Assembly: GCA_965287045.1 (NCBI GenBank)
Contig: OZ336882.1
Location: 48,236,001 to 48,300,000, forward strand
Direction of reading: 5' to 3'
Source: Carcharhinus amblyrhynchos
Taxonomy: Eukaryota
DNA length: 64,000 bases
Shown in pieces: positions 24,875-37,652 of this stretch. The position numbers and the translations under genes were made by a program. Below the pieces are notes generated by a model that searched no databases, was not told where the DNA came from, and was given only the letters and a program-made list of their open reading frames with translations. Numbering within the stretch: the stretch's first letter is position 1; the number at the start of each line of letters is the position of its first letter.

Positions 24875-26204
24875 CAGGAGAGGTGCCAGACAACCAGAGA
24901 ACTAATGTGGTTTTGCTATTTCAGATGGACTGTAGAGATAAACCAGGGAACTGCAGACCAGTGAGTCTGAGGTCAGTGGTAGGGAAACTATTGGAGAAAC
25001 TTCTGAAGGAGAGCATCAATCTCTGCTTGGAGAGACAAAGCTTCAGAGGGAGGTCATGACTCTCAAATTTGATTGAATTTTTGAGGCAGTGACCAGGTAT
25101 ATAGACAAGGTAATGCAGTCAATGTAGTTTATATTGATTTCAACAAAACTTTTGACAAGGTCTCACATGGGAGACTTATAAAGAAGGCACATGCACATGG
25201 GATATAGGATAATTTGATAAAGTGGATTCAAAATTGGCTCAGTTGTAGGAGACAGAGGATGACGACAGAAGGCTGCTTTAGTGACTGGAAGTCAGCAACC
25301 AACAATGTACCACAGGGATGTGTCTTGGGCCCCCCATTATTTGTCATTTATATAAATTATATTGACAATTATGTGGGGGTAGAATTAGTAAGTTTGCAGA
25401 TGGCACAAAAATTGAACTGTTGGTTAACAGTAAGGTGGTGTGGCTTGGGCTACAAAAGATGTAGATGGTCAAATGGGCAGATAAGTGGCAGATGGAATTT
25501 AACCCTGAAAAGTGTGAAGTGATTTGGAAGGTGCAATTTGACAAAAAAAATCCTCAATGAATGGTAGGACGCTACGAAGTTCTGTGGAAAAAGCGACCTT
25601 GGCATCTTTGTCCACAGATCTCTGAAACCAAAAGGCTTATTAGCAGGGTGGTGAAAAAGGCATAATGGACACCTGCCTTTATCAATTGAGGCATAAATTA
25701 CAAAAGCAGAAAAGTCATGTTGGAGTTAGACAGCACTTTGATAAGGCCACAGCTATGTACAGTTCTGTGTGCCACTGTTGGAAGCATGTGATTGCATTGG
25801 AGGGGATGCAGAGGAGATTTACCAGGATGTTGCCTGGGATAGAACATTTAAGTTAGGAAGAGAGGTTGGATAGGTTTGGGTTGTTTTCACTGGAGCACAG
25901 AAGACTGAGGGCTAACCTGATCGAAGTGTACAAGATTATAAGGGTAAGGAGCTTTAGTTGAAGGGTCATCACAAGGGGTCATAGGTTCAATGTGAGGGGC
26001 AGGAGATTTTGGGAGAAGGGAGTTGGGGGGGGGGGGGGGATGTGAGGAAAATCTTTCTTAACCAGAGGGTAGTGACGATCTGGAATACGCTGCTGGGGAC
26101 AGTGGTAGAGGTGGGTTGTCTCACACCCTTTAAAAATTATCTGGATGAGCACTCAGCATATCATAACAATCAGGGCTACTAAGCCTTTCTGCGCTCTACA
26201 ATTC

Positions 26205-26430
26205 TATGAAAGTCGCCACACTCTGCTGCCTGTTCAGATACATGGAGGGAGAAATCAGCGTGGCCAATGCACCTAACTGACAAGTCTTTTGGACTGAAGG
26301 AGGAAACCAAGGAAATCCTTGCAGACACAGGGAGAATGTGCAGACTCTGTATGGACAGTGACCAAAGCCAGGAATCGAATCTAGGTCTCTGGCGCTGTGA
26401 GGCAGCAGTGCTAACCACTGTGCCACAATG
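26205..26430 (-). mobile_element. V-SINE (HE1-like)
   Basis: ctggcgctgtgaggcagcagtgctaaccactgtgccac is the antisense SINE head. Confidence 0.85.
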
Positions 26431-26699
26431 TTGCCCATAAAATCAAGTGTAGGATCAGGCACAAGATCAGGTATATTGCCTGCTCTTATCATCTTAGATC
26501 TAGTACATCTCATCTGTGGGGACCATGAATTGATTTGAATTTGATTTCATTTTTGTAGCAGGTTAAAATCTTGTCCTGTCCACTCTGCACATTGGCTTTG
26601 TTAACTCAGTGAAAGGAATAAAGTTTAAAGAGCAACAGCCAAGGACACCATTCAGAGTCTCATTCTAGACACAAATCCCCTCGGATTACTAGTCTACAG

Positions 26700-27580
26700 T
26701 TGGAAAGGTTTCAAAAAGGAATTCCAGAGTTTAAGATCTAGGTAGTTGGAAACATTGTCACCAATAGTAATTATGTAAAAATAAGGTGTGCAAGAGGCCA
26801 AAATTAAAGGAGCACAGATATCTTGGAAGGTTGTAGGGTTGGCAGAATTTACAGAGATAGGCAGATGTGAGATAATTAAAGAATTTGAGAAGGAGGATGA
26901 TAATCTTACAATCGTGGCATTCAGACTGGCAGCCAATGTAGGTTGCTATGCACAGGGGTGAGTGATGAACAGGATTGGTGCAAGTCAGGATTCAGGCAGG
27001 AGAATTTTGGATGAGCTTAAGTTTATGAAAAGTGGAAAGCCAAACAGCAGTGTATTGGAATAGTCAAATTGAGTGAACAAAGACACGGGGGAGAGTCTCG
27101 GCAGCATACGACTTAAGGCAGGAGTGGAGTTGAATAGAGGTGGAAATAGGTGGTCTTGGTGATGGCATAAATATGGTCAAAAATCATCATAAAACCAAAT
27201 ATGAGATTAAGGTAGCAGATACTCCGGTTCAGCTTCAGACAGTTGCCAGAAAGAGATGGAGATGACAACAAACAAACAGAGTTTCTGGGGAGGATCAAAG
27301 ACAATGGCTTCTCTCTTCATAATATTGTTAGAGAAAATTTCTGCTCATCCCATACAGGACATCAAGCAAACAGTCTGGCAATACAGAAATCAAAGAGGGG
27401 TTAAGAGAGGTGATGATGAGCTTGAGCTGAGTGTTTTTAGTATAAAATGGAAACTGATGTTGTTTTCAAATGATGTCCCCAAAAGGCAACATGTAAGTGA
27501 AAACTAAAAAGGGGTGACGGATAGATCCTTCAAGGACTCCAGAAATAATAGTGCAGGAGCAGGAAGACAGCACCAGTGAT
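26700..27580 (-). mobile_element. Old L2-like LINE fragment
   Basis: Minus-strand remnant LDLKLWNSFLKP; similar to 45980-46440 and 57930-58390. Confidence 0.55.
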
Positions 27581-27599
27581 TCTCACAAATTACATCTCA

Positions 27600-27960
27600 G
27601 TTAAGAAACTCACCAACATGTCTATTTTCTAAGATTAAAGAAATTCAGCATGTCCATAATGACTCCTACCAATTTTTACAGATGCACCATAGAAAGCATC
27701 CATTCCAGATGTATCACAGTTTGCTATGGCTCCTGCTCTGACCAAAGGACTACAAAGGATCGTGAGTGTAGCCCAGTCCATCAGGCAAACCAGCCTCTCA
27801 TCCATTTACACTTCCTGCTGCCTTGGAAAAGCAGCCAGCATGATCAAGGACCCCATGCACCCCAGATACACTCTTCCATCATCTTCTGTTGAGAAAAAGA
27901 TAGAAAAGTCTGAAAGCACATACCAACAGGCTCAAGAACAGCTTCTATCTGCTATCATTA
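27600..27960 (+). mobile_element. Rex1/Babar-type LINE RT C-terminal fragment
   Basis: TNFYRCTIESI..CITVCYGSCS; LQRIVSVAQSI; KAASMIKDPMHP. Confidence 0.75.
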
Positions 27961-28049
27961 GCATGAAATATTATGGCATCAGGTCTGGGAAAAAACTTCT
28001 GCCGATTACCATCTAAAAACCCTCCGGCCCTTTGATCTTATCCCCACCA

Positions 28050-31000
28050 TTCGACCTGTCACAACTGCATTTGTCCATGACCGTACTGGTAGGAGTGACC
28101 ACTGCATAGTCCTGACGGAGACCAAATTCTGTCTTCACTCCATCGTGTGTGGCACTACTACCATGCTAAATGGGACAGATCTAGCAAATCAAAACTGGGC
28201 ATCCATGAGGTACTGCAGATGCAGAAGCAGCAGAATTGTAAAAATCAAAATCTGTCAGCTTGTGGTTTAGCATATCCTCAATTCTATCATTACTATCAAG
28301 TCAAATAGTCAATTCTGGTTCAATGAAGAGTGCAGGAAGGTATGCTAGGGGCAGCAACATGCATACCTAAAAATGAGGTGTCAACCTGGTGAAGCTACAA
28401 CACAGGACTACCTGCATGTCAAACAACAGAAACAGCATGCAACAGATAGAGCTAAACAATTCCATAACCAAGCAATTATATATAAATTCTGTAGTCCTTA
28501 CATATCCAGCTGTGAACAGTGGTCACAATTAATCAACTCACTGGAGACGGCAGTGGTTCCACAAATATCTCATCCTCAATCAAGGGGAGCCCAGGACATC
28601 AGTGCAAAAATATAAGGCTGAAGCATTTGCAACCATTTTCATCCAGAAGTGGTGAGTGGGTTAAAATTTGAGGTGACCAGGTGTGGATGTGGGTAATGCA
28701 GTTGATGTAGTTTGGATGGATTCCAGCAGTCTTTGATAAAGCCACATGTGGGAGACTAATAAAGAAGGTAAATGCATGTGGGATACAGGGTAATTTGAGA
28801 ACATGGATTCAAAATTGGCTAAGTTCTAATGATGGAAGAGGCTTATTTAGTGATTGGAAGCCAGTGTCCAGTGGCATACCACAGAGATCTGTGCTGGGTT
28901 CTCTATTATTCATCATTTATATAAATGACAAAGATGACTATTTTTGGGTGGGGGGGGTGGGTGGTGGTGGTAGGATTAGTAAGTTTGCAGATAATACAAA
29001 GATTGGTTGGGTGGTTAACAGTGAAATCAAGTGTCTTGAGCTTGAAGATGATATGGACAGGATGAGAAGTTTGAAGTGATACACTTTGAGGGAGTAATGT
29101 CACAATGAAGTATTCAGTGAACGGCATGACGTTAGGGAGGTTCTGTGGGACAAAGGGACCTTGGTGTTTTTGTCCATAGATCTCGGAAGGTGGAAGGGCA
29201 TGTTAGAAAGATAGTGAAGAAGGCATATGGTACACTTGCCTTTATCAATCGAGGCACAGATTACAAAAGCAGGGAAGTCATGTTGGAGTTCTATAGCACT
29301 TTGGTGAGGCCACAGCTTGAATTGTGTGCGCAGTTGTGGTTACCACATTGTCAAAAGGATGTTATTGCACTGGAGAAGGCAGAGGAGATTCACCAGGATG
29401 TTGTCTGGGATGGAACATTTAAGTTATAAACAGAAGTTGTATAGGTTTGGGTTGTTTTTGCTGGAACAGAGAAGACCGAGGAGCAACCTGTACAAGATTA
29501 CAAGGGGCATGGGCAGAGTGGATAAGGAGCAGCTGTTTCCCTCAGTTGATGGGTCTGCCCTGAAGGGACAAAGGTTCAAGGTGGGGGGCAGGAGGTTTAG
29601 GGAATGTGAGGAAAAACCTTTTTACCCAGAGGGTGGTGACGAGCACTTGGAATGTCAATGTTGAAGGCTATGGTACATGGGATTAGGTGGGAGGTCAGGT
29701 ACTTATGTGTGGTGCCAACTTGATGGGCCTCTTCTGCACTTTGATTCCATGGTTCCTCCTGAAGTGTCTAGCATCACAGATGCCAATTCAATTCATGCCA
29801 ATTCAAAAAATGGCTGAAGACACTGGAAACTGCAAGGGCAATGGGCCCTGACAACATTCCAGCAACAGTCTCCTGCTCCAGAATTAGCTGTGCCACTAGC
29901 CAAATTGTTCCAATACAGCTGCAACACCAGCAATATGAAAATTTGTCCAGTTACGTCCTGTACGCAAAAAGCAGGACATATCCAACCTGGCTAATTACAA
30001 CTCCACCAGTCTACTCTTAATCATCAGTAAAGTGTTGTGGACAATACTATCAAGCATGACACATCAATAACCTTATCGCTGCCCAGTTTGGGTTTTGCCA
30101 GGGACACTGAAATCTTGGCCTTAGCGTCTTGGTTCAAGAGAACTGAACTTGAGGGCAGGAGAGAGCAAATGCCCTTGCCATCAAGGTAGCACTTAACCAA
30201 GTGTGATATTAAGGAGTACTAGCAAAAAATAGGAATTAGAGGAAATCTTTCCACAGATTGAGAGTTGTACCTAGTACTAAGACAGACAGTTGTTGTTGTT
30301 GGAGGACAGTTATCTCAGCTCTTGGCCTAACCATTTTCAGTTGCCTCAAATTATCTTCCTTCCATTATAACATCATAAATGGGGGTGTTTGCAGATGATT
30401 GCACAATATTTTGCAACTCCTCAGTTATTGAAGCAGTCTGTCTCCAAATGCAACAAGCCCTGGAAAACATTTAAGCTTTAGTTGACAAATGGCAAGTAAC
30501 AGTTACATAAAGTGCTGGACAATGCCCATTTCCAACAAGAGCAAATCCAGCCATTTCTCCAATGACATTAAATTACTTTACCATCACTGAATCCCCATCT
30601 ATGAATATCCTGAGACTTAGCATTGACCAGAAATTGAACTGGACCAGCCATATAAACATAGTGGCTACAAGAGCAGGTTAAAGGTTGGGAATTCTGTGGC
30701 AAGTAACTCACCTCCTGACTTCCCAAAGCCTGCCCATAATCTACAAGGCACAATTCAGGAGTGCAATGGAATACCCTCCACTTGCCTAGATAAGTGCAGT
30801 TCCAACAACACGCAAAGCTTGACATCTTCCAGGCCAAACCTTGCTTGTTGCACCCAATCTATCACCTTAACCATTCACTCCCTCAACCACTGATTACAGT
30901 GGCAGAGGTTTGTACAATCTACAAGGTGTACTACAGCTACTCACCAAGACTTCTCTGACAGTATCTTCGAAACCTGCAATCTCCACCTTCTCAAAGGACA

Positions 31001-31260
31001 ATGACAGCTGATGTTCCACCACCTGCAAACTTCCACTCCAAACTACACACCATTCTGACTTGAAAATATATTGTCATTCCTTCACTGTCGCTGGGTAAAA
31101 ATCCTGAACTGCCTTCCCAAAAACACTGGGTGTATCTACACCACATGGTTCCACAGCGGTTCAAGAAGGTAGCTCCCCACCACCTTCTCAAGGGCAATGG
31201 GAACCCGACAATAAGCGTTGGGCTAGCCAGTGACATCCACATCCCTTGAAAGAATAAATT
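28050..31260 (+). mobile_element. CR1-clade LINE ORF2, decayed, interrupted by another CR1
   Basis: ggccctgacaacattcc (GPDNIP), gtttgcagatgattgcac (FADDC), 3' end cacatcccttgaaagaataaa. Confidence 0.75.
28665..29755 (+). mobile_element. Nested CR1 RT and 3' end
   Basis: SGIPQRSVLGSLLFIIYIND, ISKFADNTK, QRDLGVFVHRS, RRFTRMLSGM. Confidence 0.85.
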
Positions 31261-32751
31261 AAGCAAAAATTGAATAGAAGGATGCAGAACAAAGGGTCTC
31301 CGCTCCATCCATATTCGGCCTGATATTTCCACTTGGGGATCAGTGGGCAACAGATTTAAGGTAAGAGTTTGCCAAAAGAACTCGAGAAAGATATGCGGAG
31401 AATATTTTTGCCAATTACAATCTGGAATGCACTGCATGACATGACAATGGAATCAGATTCAATAGTAACTTTAAAAAGTGAACTGAAAATATAATTGGAG
31501 AAGAAAGAAATGTTGGGTTATAGGAGAGAGGGGAGCAGGACTCTTAATTCTTTCAGAGTCAACATAACCATAATACGCTGAATGAATGTACTGCATGCTT
31601 CTACACTTAAGCCACAAATTACCATTTGTAACTGAATCATGGACTGAGATCTGTGTTCTCTGTTAAATCGCACACCCAAAAGTGGAAACTTTGGGCCAGA
31701 TTTTGGTGGACATGTTGCATCTTGCAGTGTGGGTTAGTTATACCCATCTCTGGACATGTATATGAACATAAGATGTCCACCGAAACATCTTGCGTCATAA
31801 CTTGCTGGAAATTAGTTGTTAATGGTATAGGGAGGACCATGTTCATTGAGGACCTTAGTTAATGATGAGGTCAGAGAACAATTAATAAATGCATTTTTCA
31901 ATACTAGATTGGGAAAATAAAAAATTAAGAATAGTCTAGCCAGACAAAAGAAACAAATAAATCATGTTGAAATCAACATTTATCTGCCTTGAGACAAGTT
32001 TTGACTTATGCAACGTCAGTGCCTTTGTACTTTCAGCCAACAAAATGAACTCTTCCCTCTCCGTTGCATAATATCTGCAAAGTGCTCCATCTAGTGATCA
32101 CTTTGGAAAATGAAAATACAGTTTCATTTGATTCAAGCATCCAGATTTGACTGCATTAGCTTAGAAAATAGCTATTTTGTTTCTTAAGTGCTGACTGTGA
32201 AATTCATCTGTAATGAGAGCAGATGTTAGGTGAAAATAGCCAATGTCTAACACCAAAAATAAAAGTACACCTATTGTATGGTCCAAAGGCGGCTGATAGT
32301 CCCACATTTTAATCTTGCTTTGGATGATGCACTTGCTAAATATTTGACCAGTTGTTTAGTATTACCTGGGAGACTTTCTTATATTGGCAAAATCAGTTAT
32401 TGGCTGTGGCATTAATTCAGGTGGTGCAAATGCTACCCTAAAATGTCAAGCTCTTGATATAACTATTGTTGGCCAACTGTACTACCAATTTTAATGCATC
32501 ACTTTGCAATGTTTTCAACTGTTAAAAATCAAATTGGTTTTGAGTGGCATTTCTCGCCTGCATTTGACTTCTCCATGGGGTTCTGCTTTTCCAAGCTTCA
32601 TAACAATGCAATGTGGCAATAAAAGATACATAAAACTAAACCAAAGAATATGCTTGTTGTGGTTTGCTTTCTGTGAGCCTCATTCTAAGCTAACGATAGT
32701 GGAGGGCTTGGCCTATTTGAGGATTACTTGTTTATCATATAATCAGACTAT

Positions 32752-34192
32752 ATAAGAACATAAGAAACAGGAGCAGGAGTAGGCCATCTAGCCCTTCGAG
32801 CCTGCCCCGCCATTCAATAAGATCATGGCTGATCTGTCATGGCTCTGTTCCACATTCCCACCCTCTCCCCATAACCCCCTTGCTTATCAAAAACCCATCA
32901 ACCCACGTCTTAAAAATATTTAGCGAGGCAGCCTCCACCACCTCAACGGGCAGAGAATTCCAGAGATTCACCACCCTTTGAGTGAAGAAGTTCCTCCTCA
33001 ACTCCGTTCTAAACCCCGCCCCCCCCCTTATCTCGAGGCTGTGCCCCCTAGTCCTACTGTCCTTTCTGAGTGGGAAGAGTCTCTCCACCTCTATCCTATC
33101 CATCCCATTCATCATATGTCTCAATGAGATCTCCCCTCAGTCTTGTAAACTCTAACGAGTACAAGCCTAGTTTATTCAGCCTCTCCTCATAGTTCAACCC
33201 CCTCAACTCCGGTATCAGCCTAGTAAACCTCCTCTGCACTCCCTCCAAGGCCAAAATATCCTTGCGTAAGTACGGCGACCAAAACTGCACACAGTACTCC
33301 AGCTGCGGCCTCACCAATGCCCTATACAGCCGCAGCAAGACCTCCCTACTTTTATATTCAATCCCCCTCGCTATGAAGGCCAGCATCCCATTTGCCTTCC
33401 TGACCACCTGCAGGCTGGGTTTTTGCGACTCATGCACAAGGACCCCGAGGTCCCTCTGCACTGTCGCCTGCTGCAGTTTTTCGCCACGTAAGTAATAGTC
33501 CTTCCTACCATTATTCCTACCAAAGTGGACCACCTCGCACTTGCCAACATTAAATTCCATTTGCCATTTCCTGGCCCATTCGCCCAGCCTATCTAGATCC
33601 TTCTGCAGACTCTCCGCACCTTCCGCGCAATTTGCCGTTCCACCAATCTTGGTGTCATCAGCAAATTTTGACACCATACACTCGGTTCCCTCCTCCAGAT
33701 CATCTATATAAATGGTAAATAGCTGAGGCCCCAGCACCGACCCCTGGGGCACTCCACTAGTCACCAACCGCCAATCCGAATAGCACCCATTAACCCCCAC
33801 TCTCTGCCTCCTATTGACAACCAATCCTCTATCCACGCTAACACCCTATCCCCAACTCCATGCCCCCTTAACCTTCTGCAATAACCTCTTGAGGTACCTT
33901 GTCAAACGCCTTCTGAAAATCAAGACAGACCACATCCATCGGCTCTCCTCTATCCACCGCCCTAGACACATCCTCATAGAACTCCAGTAAATTTGTCAGA
34001 CACGACTTCCCCTTAACAAAACCGTGCTGCGTCTGCTCTATCAACAATTCCCCTCAAGATGCCTCGCTATTTCCTCCTTGATGACGGATTCTAACATTTT
34101 ACCTACAACAGACGTTAAACTAACCGGCCTATAATTCCCTGACTTTTGCCTGGCACCCTTCTTAAACAACGGCGTAACATTAGCCGCTTTCC
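32752..34192 (-). mobile_element. Young 5'-truncated CR1 LINE
   Basis: 246-aa uninterrupted RT ORF 33096-33836 (SGVPQGSVLGPQLFTIYIDDL, SKFADDTK) continuing by frameshift into 32837-33124; CpGs retained; tandem tail (taagaaca)n. Confidence 0.95.
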
Positions 34193-36403
34193 ACTTTTCA
34201 TGAAGACCTTGAGCATTTATTCTTCCTCAGTCTGGCCAACTGAATAAAGAGCTGTTTATGGTGCTATTTCGATTTCATATAAGCTTTACCAAACGTAATT
34301 GAATTTCCTTCCTCAAATTTACCTGATTTGTTGTGCAGTACTGCATAATCATACCATGCAATGATTGTGCTCGATACTTTGCAATGCTAATTTTGGTACA
34401 CAAGGAGCAACTGGGTGGAAACAGTGCTTCTGAGACTAGCTTGAAAATAAAAATATGATTTTTGCTTTAGCAACATGATAAGGATTCAATTCACGTAGAA
34501 AAATGTTCTTAAAACATCTATATCGGAAAGCAAAGTCATAAGGGCAGGTAATGTAGTGAGCTAAGGTCAAGCATTTTAATTATTGGATCAGGAAGTCTTA
34601 AATTTAACATCCATCCCCTTATACAAGAACTGTGTTTTGCAATTTACCTTGTTATTCAGTTTACTTAGTTATAACTATTTTAGTAAATTAGCTTGATTAT
34701 CTAATTTATGGGATTAAGTAATTAACTGATTTGATAAAGATTCCAATATACCATGTCAAAAAAATAAAGACCATTTCACTGTTTGGTACAGGTACAGTTC
34801 TTTTGAATATGATTCAGGGATGGTTTTTTTTAAACTATTGTTTTACTTGCAAAAACAATGTAATTAACTATAATTATGAACAAATTAACCAGGTAATACA
34901 ACACATTTATCAACATTTCAATATTTTGTAGCCATATGTATATGTGACATTGGATATTTCCAAGCTACTAGCTTGTGTAATTAGATTATGTATCATAATT
35001 CTGGATGCCCCCGAGGCTTGTATAATTAGACTATGTAACATAATTCTTATACAGAACTCATGAAAATCAGAAAACTTTTTTTTTAAGTTATGTTGCATTG
35101 AGGACTTTAGTTACCTAAATGTAGAATGGGCCAATGGCAGTGTAAAGAGCGTTGTCAGGTAAACATTTCTAGATGGTGTTCAGGAAATTTTTCTACAGTA
35201 CATGTCCAGTCCACCAAGAAAGGTTGCACTGTTAGATCTGGTTCTTGGAAATGGGGTGAGCCAAGTAGAAAATTTAGGAAACAGTGATCATTGTATCATG
35301 AGGTCCAAATATGTGCAGGCAATGGTAAATTGCCCCTTAGTGTCAAAAGATGTATAGATTAAGGTGGACCCCAGAGGATCCCATTACTGGCCAATGGTGC
35401 GTTGTGCAGAAAATCCCATTCAAAGAAGAAAAAGTGTCCTTATTATAAGTGTCATGTACAAAATACAACTGAGAACCAAGATGAACACAGAAGTTTCAGA
35501 GGAGAGGTGAAAAGGCACATTTAATAAATAAAGGTGGATTATGAGAAAAAAACTGGCACCAACATAAGAGGAATTGCAAAGTCTTGTGTCAGCATATAAA
35601 TAGTAAAAGGAGTAGGGCCAATTAGGGACCTAAAAGGGCATTTACACATGGAGACAGGAGGCATGGCTGAGATATTAAATGAACTTTACATCAGTCTTTA
35701 CCAAGGAGGAAGATGCTACCCAGGACATGGTTACAGATGAGGAAACTCTGGCACTAGAAACTGATCAGGAGCAAGACAGACTGTCAGCACTTAAAAGTTG
35801 ATACTGGGACCAAATGAGATGCAATCAATGATGTTGAAGGAAACGAGAGTGGAAATTGCAGAGACACTGCCACAATCTTTCAGTCTTCTCTAGACTCAAG
35901 AGGATTGAACAATTGCAGACATTACTCCCTTGTTCAGAAAAAGTTATAAGGATAAGCCCAGCAATTATAGACCAGTCAGTTTAACTTCATTGATGGGAAG
36001 TTTCTGGAAACAATTACTTGGATATAATTAGTGGTCACATGGAAAAATGATTAGGTTGATTGGAAATCCATGCTGGATCTTCCCAAAGGGAAAATGGTGT
36101 TTAATTAACTTGGATTTTTTTAAAAAAAGCATTAACAGAAAGGATCAATGAGAGCATTGCTGTTGATGTGGTGTACGTTGTCTTTCAAACAGCATTTGAT
36201 ACAGTGCTACAAAAGACTTGAGAGAAAAGTTACAGCTCATAAAATAAAAGGTGCAATAACAACATGGATAAAATTCACTGAGTAATAGAGAATGGAGAGA
36301 ATTGATCCAAAACAAAAAAATGCTGAGAAATCTCAGCAGGTCTGACATCTGTGGAGTGGACAGATAGGTGACAGATGAAGTTCAATGTAGAGAAATGTGA
36401 GCA

Positions 36404-37210
36404 ATGATGTGGAGATGCTGGCGTTAGACTGGGGTGCGTACAGTAAGAACAGCAGGTTAACGTCCAACAGGTTTATGTGGAATCACAAGTTTTTGGAACA
36501 CTGCTCCTTCATCAAGTGAGTAGAGAGGTAGGTTTCACTAACATTCACAAGGATTGTGCAAACCCAGGCCTCTGCAAGATGTGCCGGAACATCGACATGA
36601 TACCACCATCGTATGTGGGACCACCACTCACCAGATACAGAGTACATGCTCATGAGACTCGGTCAATATCGTCTATCTCATACAGTGCAGGAAAAGATGT
36701 TCCGAGGCATGGTACATTGGCGAGACCACACAGACACTATGAAAACAAATGAACGGACATCGTGCAACAATCGCCGGGCTTCCGGTCAGGGAATATTTCA
36801 GCAGTCAAAGCATTCAGCCTCCCACCTTCAGGTAAACGTTCTCCAAGGCAGCCTCCAAATCACACGACAACACAGAATTACAAAGCAGAAGCTGATAGCC
36901 AAGTTCCGCCACACTAGACATAAGCCCCACTCTTTGGTCTGGGCTTGCAAAATCCTAACTATCCTGGCTTGAGACAATTTATACCTCTTTAACCTATGAT
37001 TATCTCTCTTTCCATTTGCACTGACTGTACCTGTAAAGACTTGATTACCTGAAAAGACTCGCATGCTAACTATTATCTTGCAACTGTGAGGTTGTCTGTA
37101 CATGCCTTATTTGTGAAACCTACCTCTTCACTCACCTGATGAAGCTCCGAAAACTCGTGATTCCAAATAAACCTGTTGAACTTCAACCTGGTGTTGTGAA
37201 ACTTCTTACT
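36404..37210 (+). mobile_element. Penelope-like element with GIY-YIG endonuclease remnant and inverted terminal copy
   Basis: From 36671 translates VYLIQCRKRCSEAWYIGETTQTL*KQMNGHRATI, with upstream CKMC; inverted copy at 36404-36540; TSD GAGAAATGTGA (36390-36400, 37211-37221). Confidence 0.9.
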
Positions 37211-37344
37211 GAGAAATGTGAACATGGACAGACAATATAAAATGAGGATCAAAGGGGGCTGGGTGCTTATATGCTTAGATCATTGAAGGGGGCAGGACAG
37301 GAGAGAGAGCAGTTAATAGAACATACAGTATCCTGAGCTTTTTA

Positions 37345-37652
37345 AAATCGTAGAATCCCTACAGTGCAGGAGGTAATTCAGCTCCGAGTCTGCACTGACC
37401 ACATTCCCACCCAGGACTATTCCCATATCCCCACACATTTACCCTGCTAATCCTCTGACCCCAAAGGTCAATTTAGCATGGCCAATCAACCTAATTTGCA
37501 CATCTTTAGATTGTGGGAGGAAACTGGAGTACCCGAAGGAAACCCATGCAGACATGGGCAGAACGTGTAAACTCCACACCAGTGATCCAAGGCCAAAATC
37601 GAACCAGGGTCCCTGGTGCTGTGAGGCAGCAACGCTAACCACTGTGCTACCG
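37345..37652 (-). mobile_element. V-SINE (HE1-like) with CR1-derived tail
   Basis: Antisense head gtgaggcagcaacgctaaccactgtgctacc; tail tagaatccctacagtgcagg. Confidence 0.9.

Larger units (their letters stand above)
21681..26180 (+). mobile_element. Near full-length decayed CR1 LINE (ORF1 with SGNH esterase; ORF2 APE endonuclease and RT)
   Basis: ORF1 CVQLQLLETQVSEL, GDSIVRG, VRCLPGARVWDV..TNDI; APE YFNASSIAGKIDELRAMID near 22820; RT NCRPVSL, VPQGCVLGPPLFVIYIN; many frameshifts and stops. Confidence 0.9.

Noticed and set aside
33096-33836. 246-aa ORF as a host gene
   Set aside because: CR1 reverse transcriptase fragment in a truncated, frameshifted element
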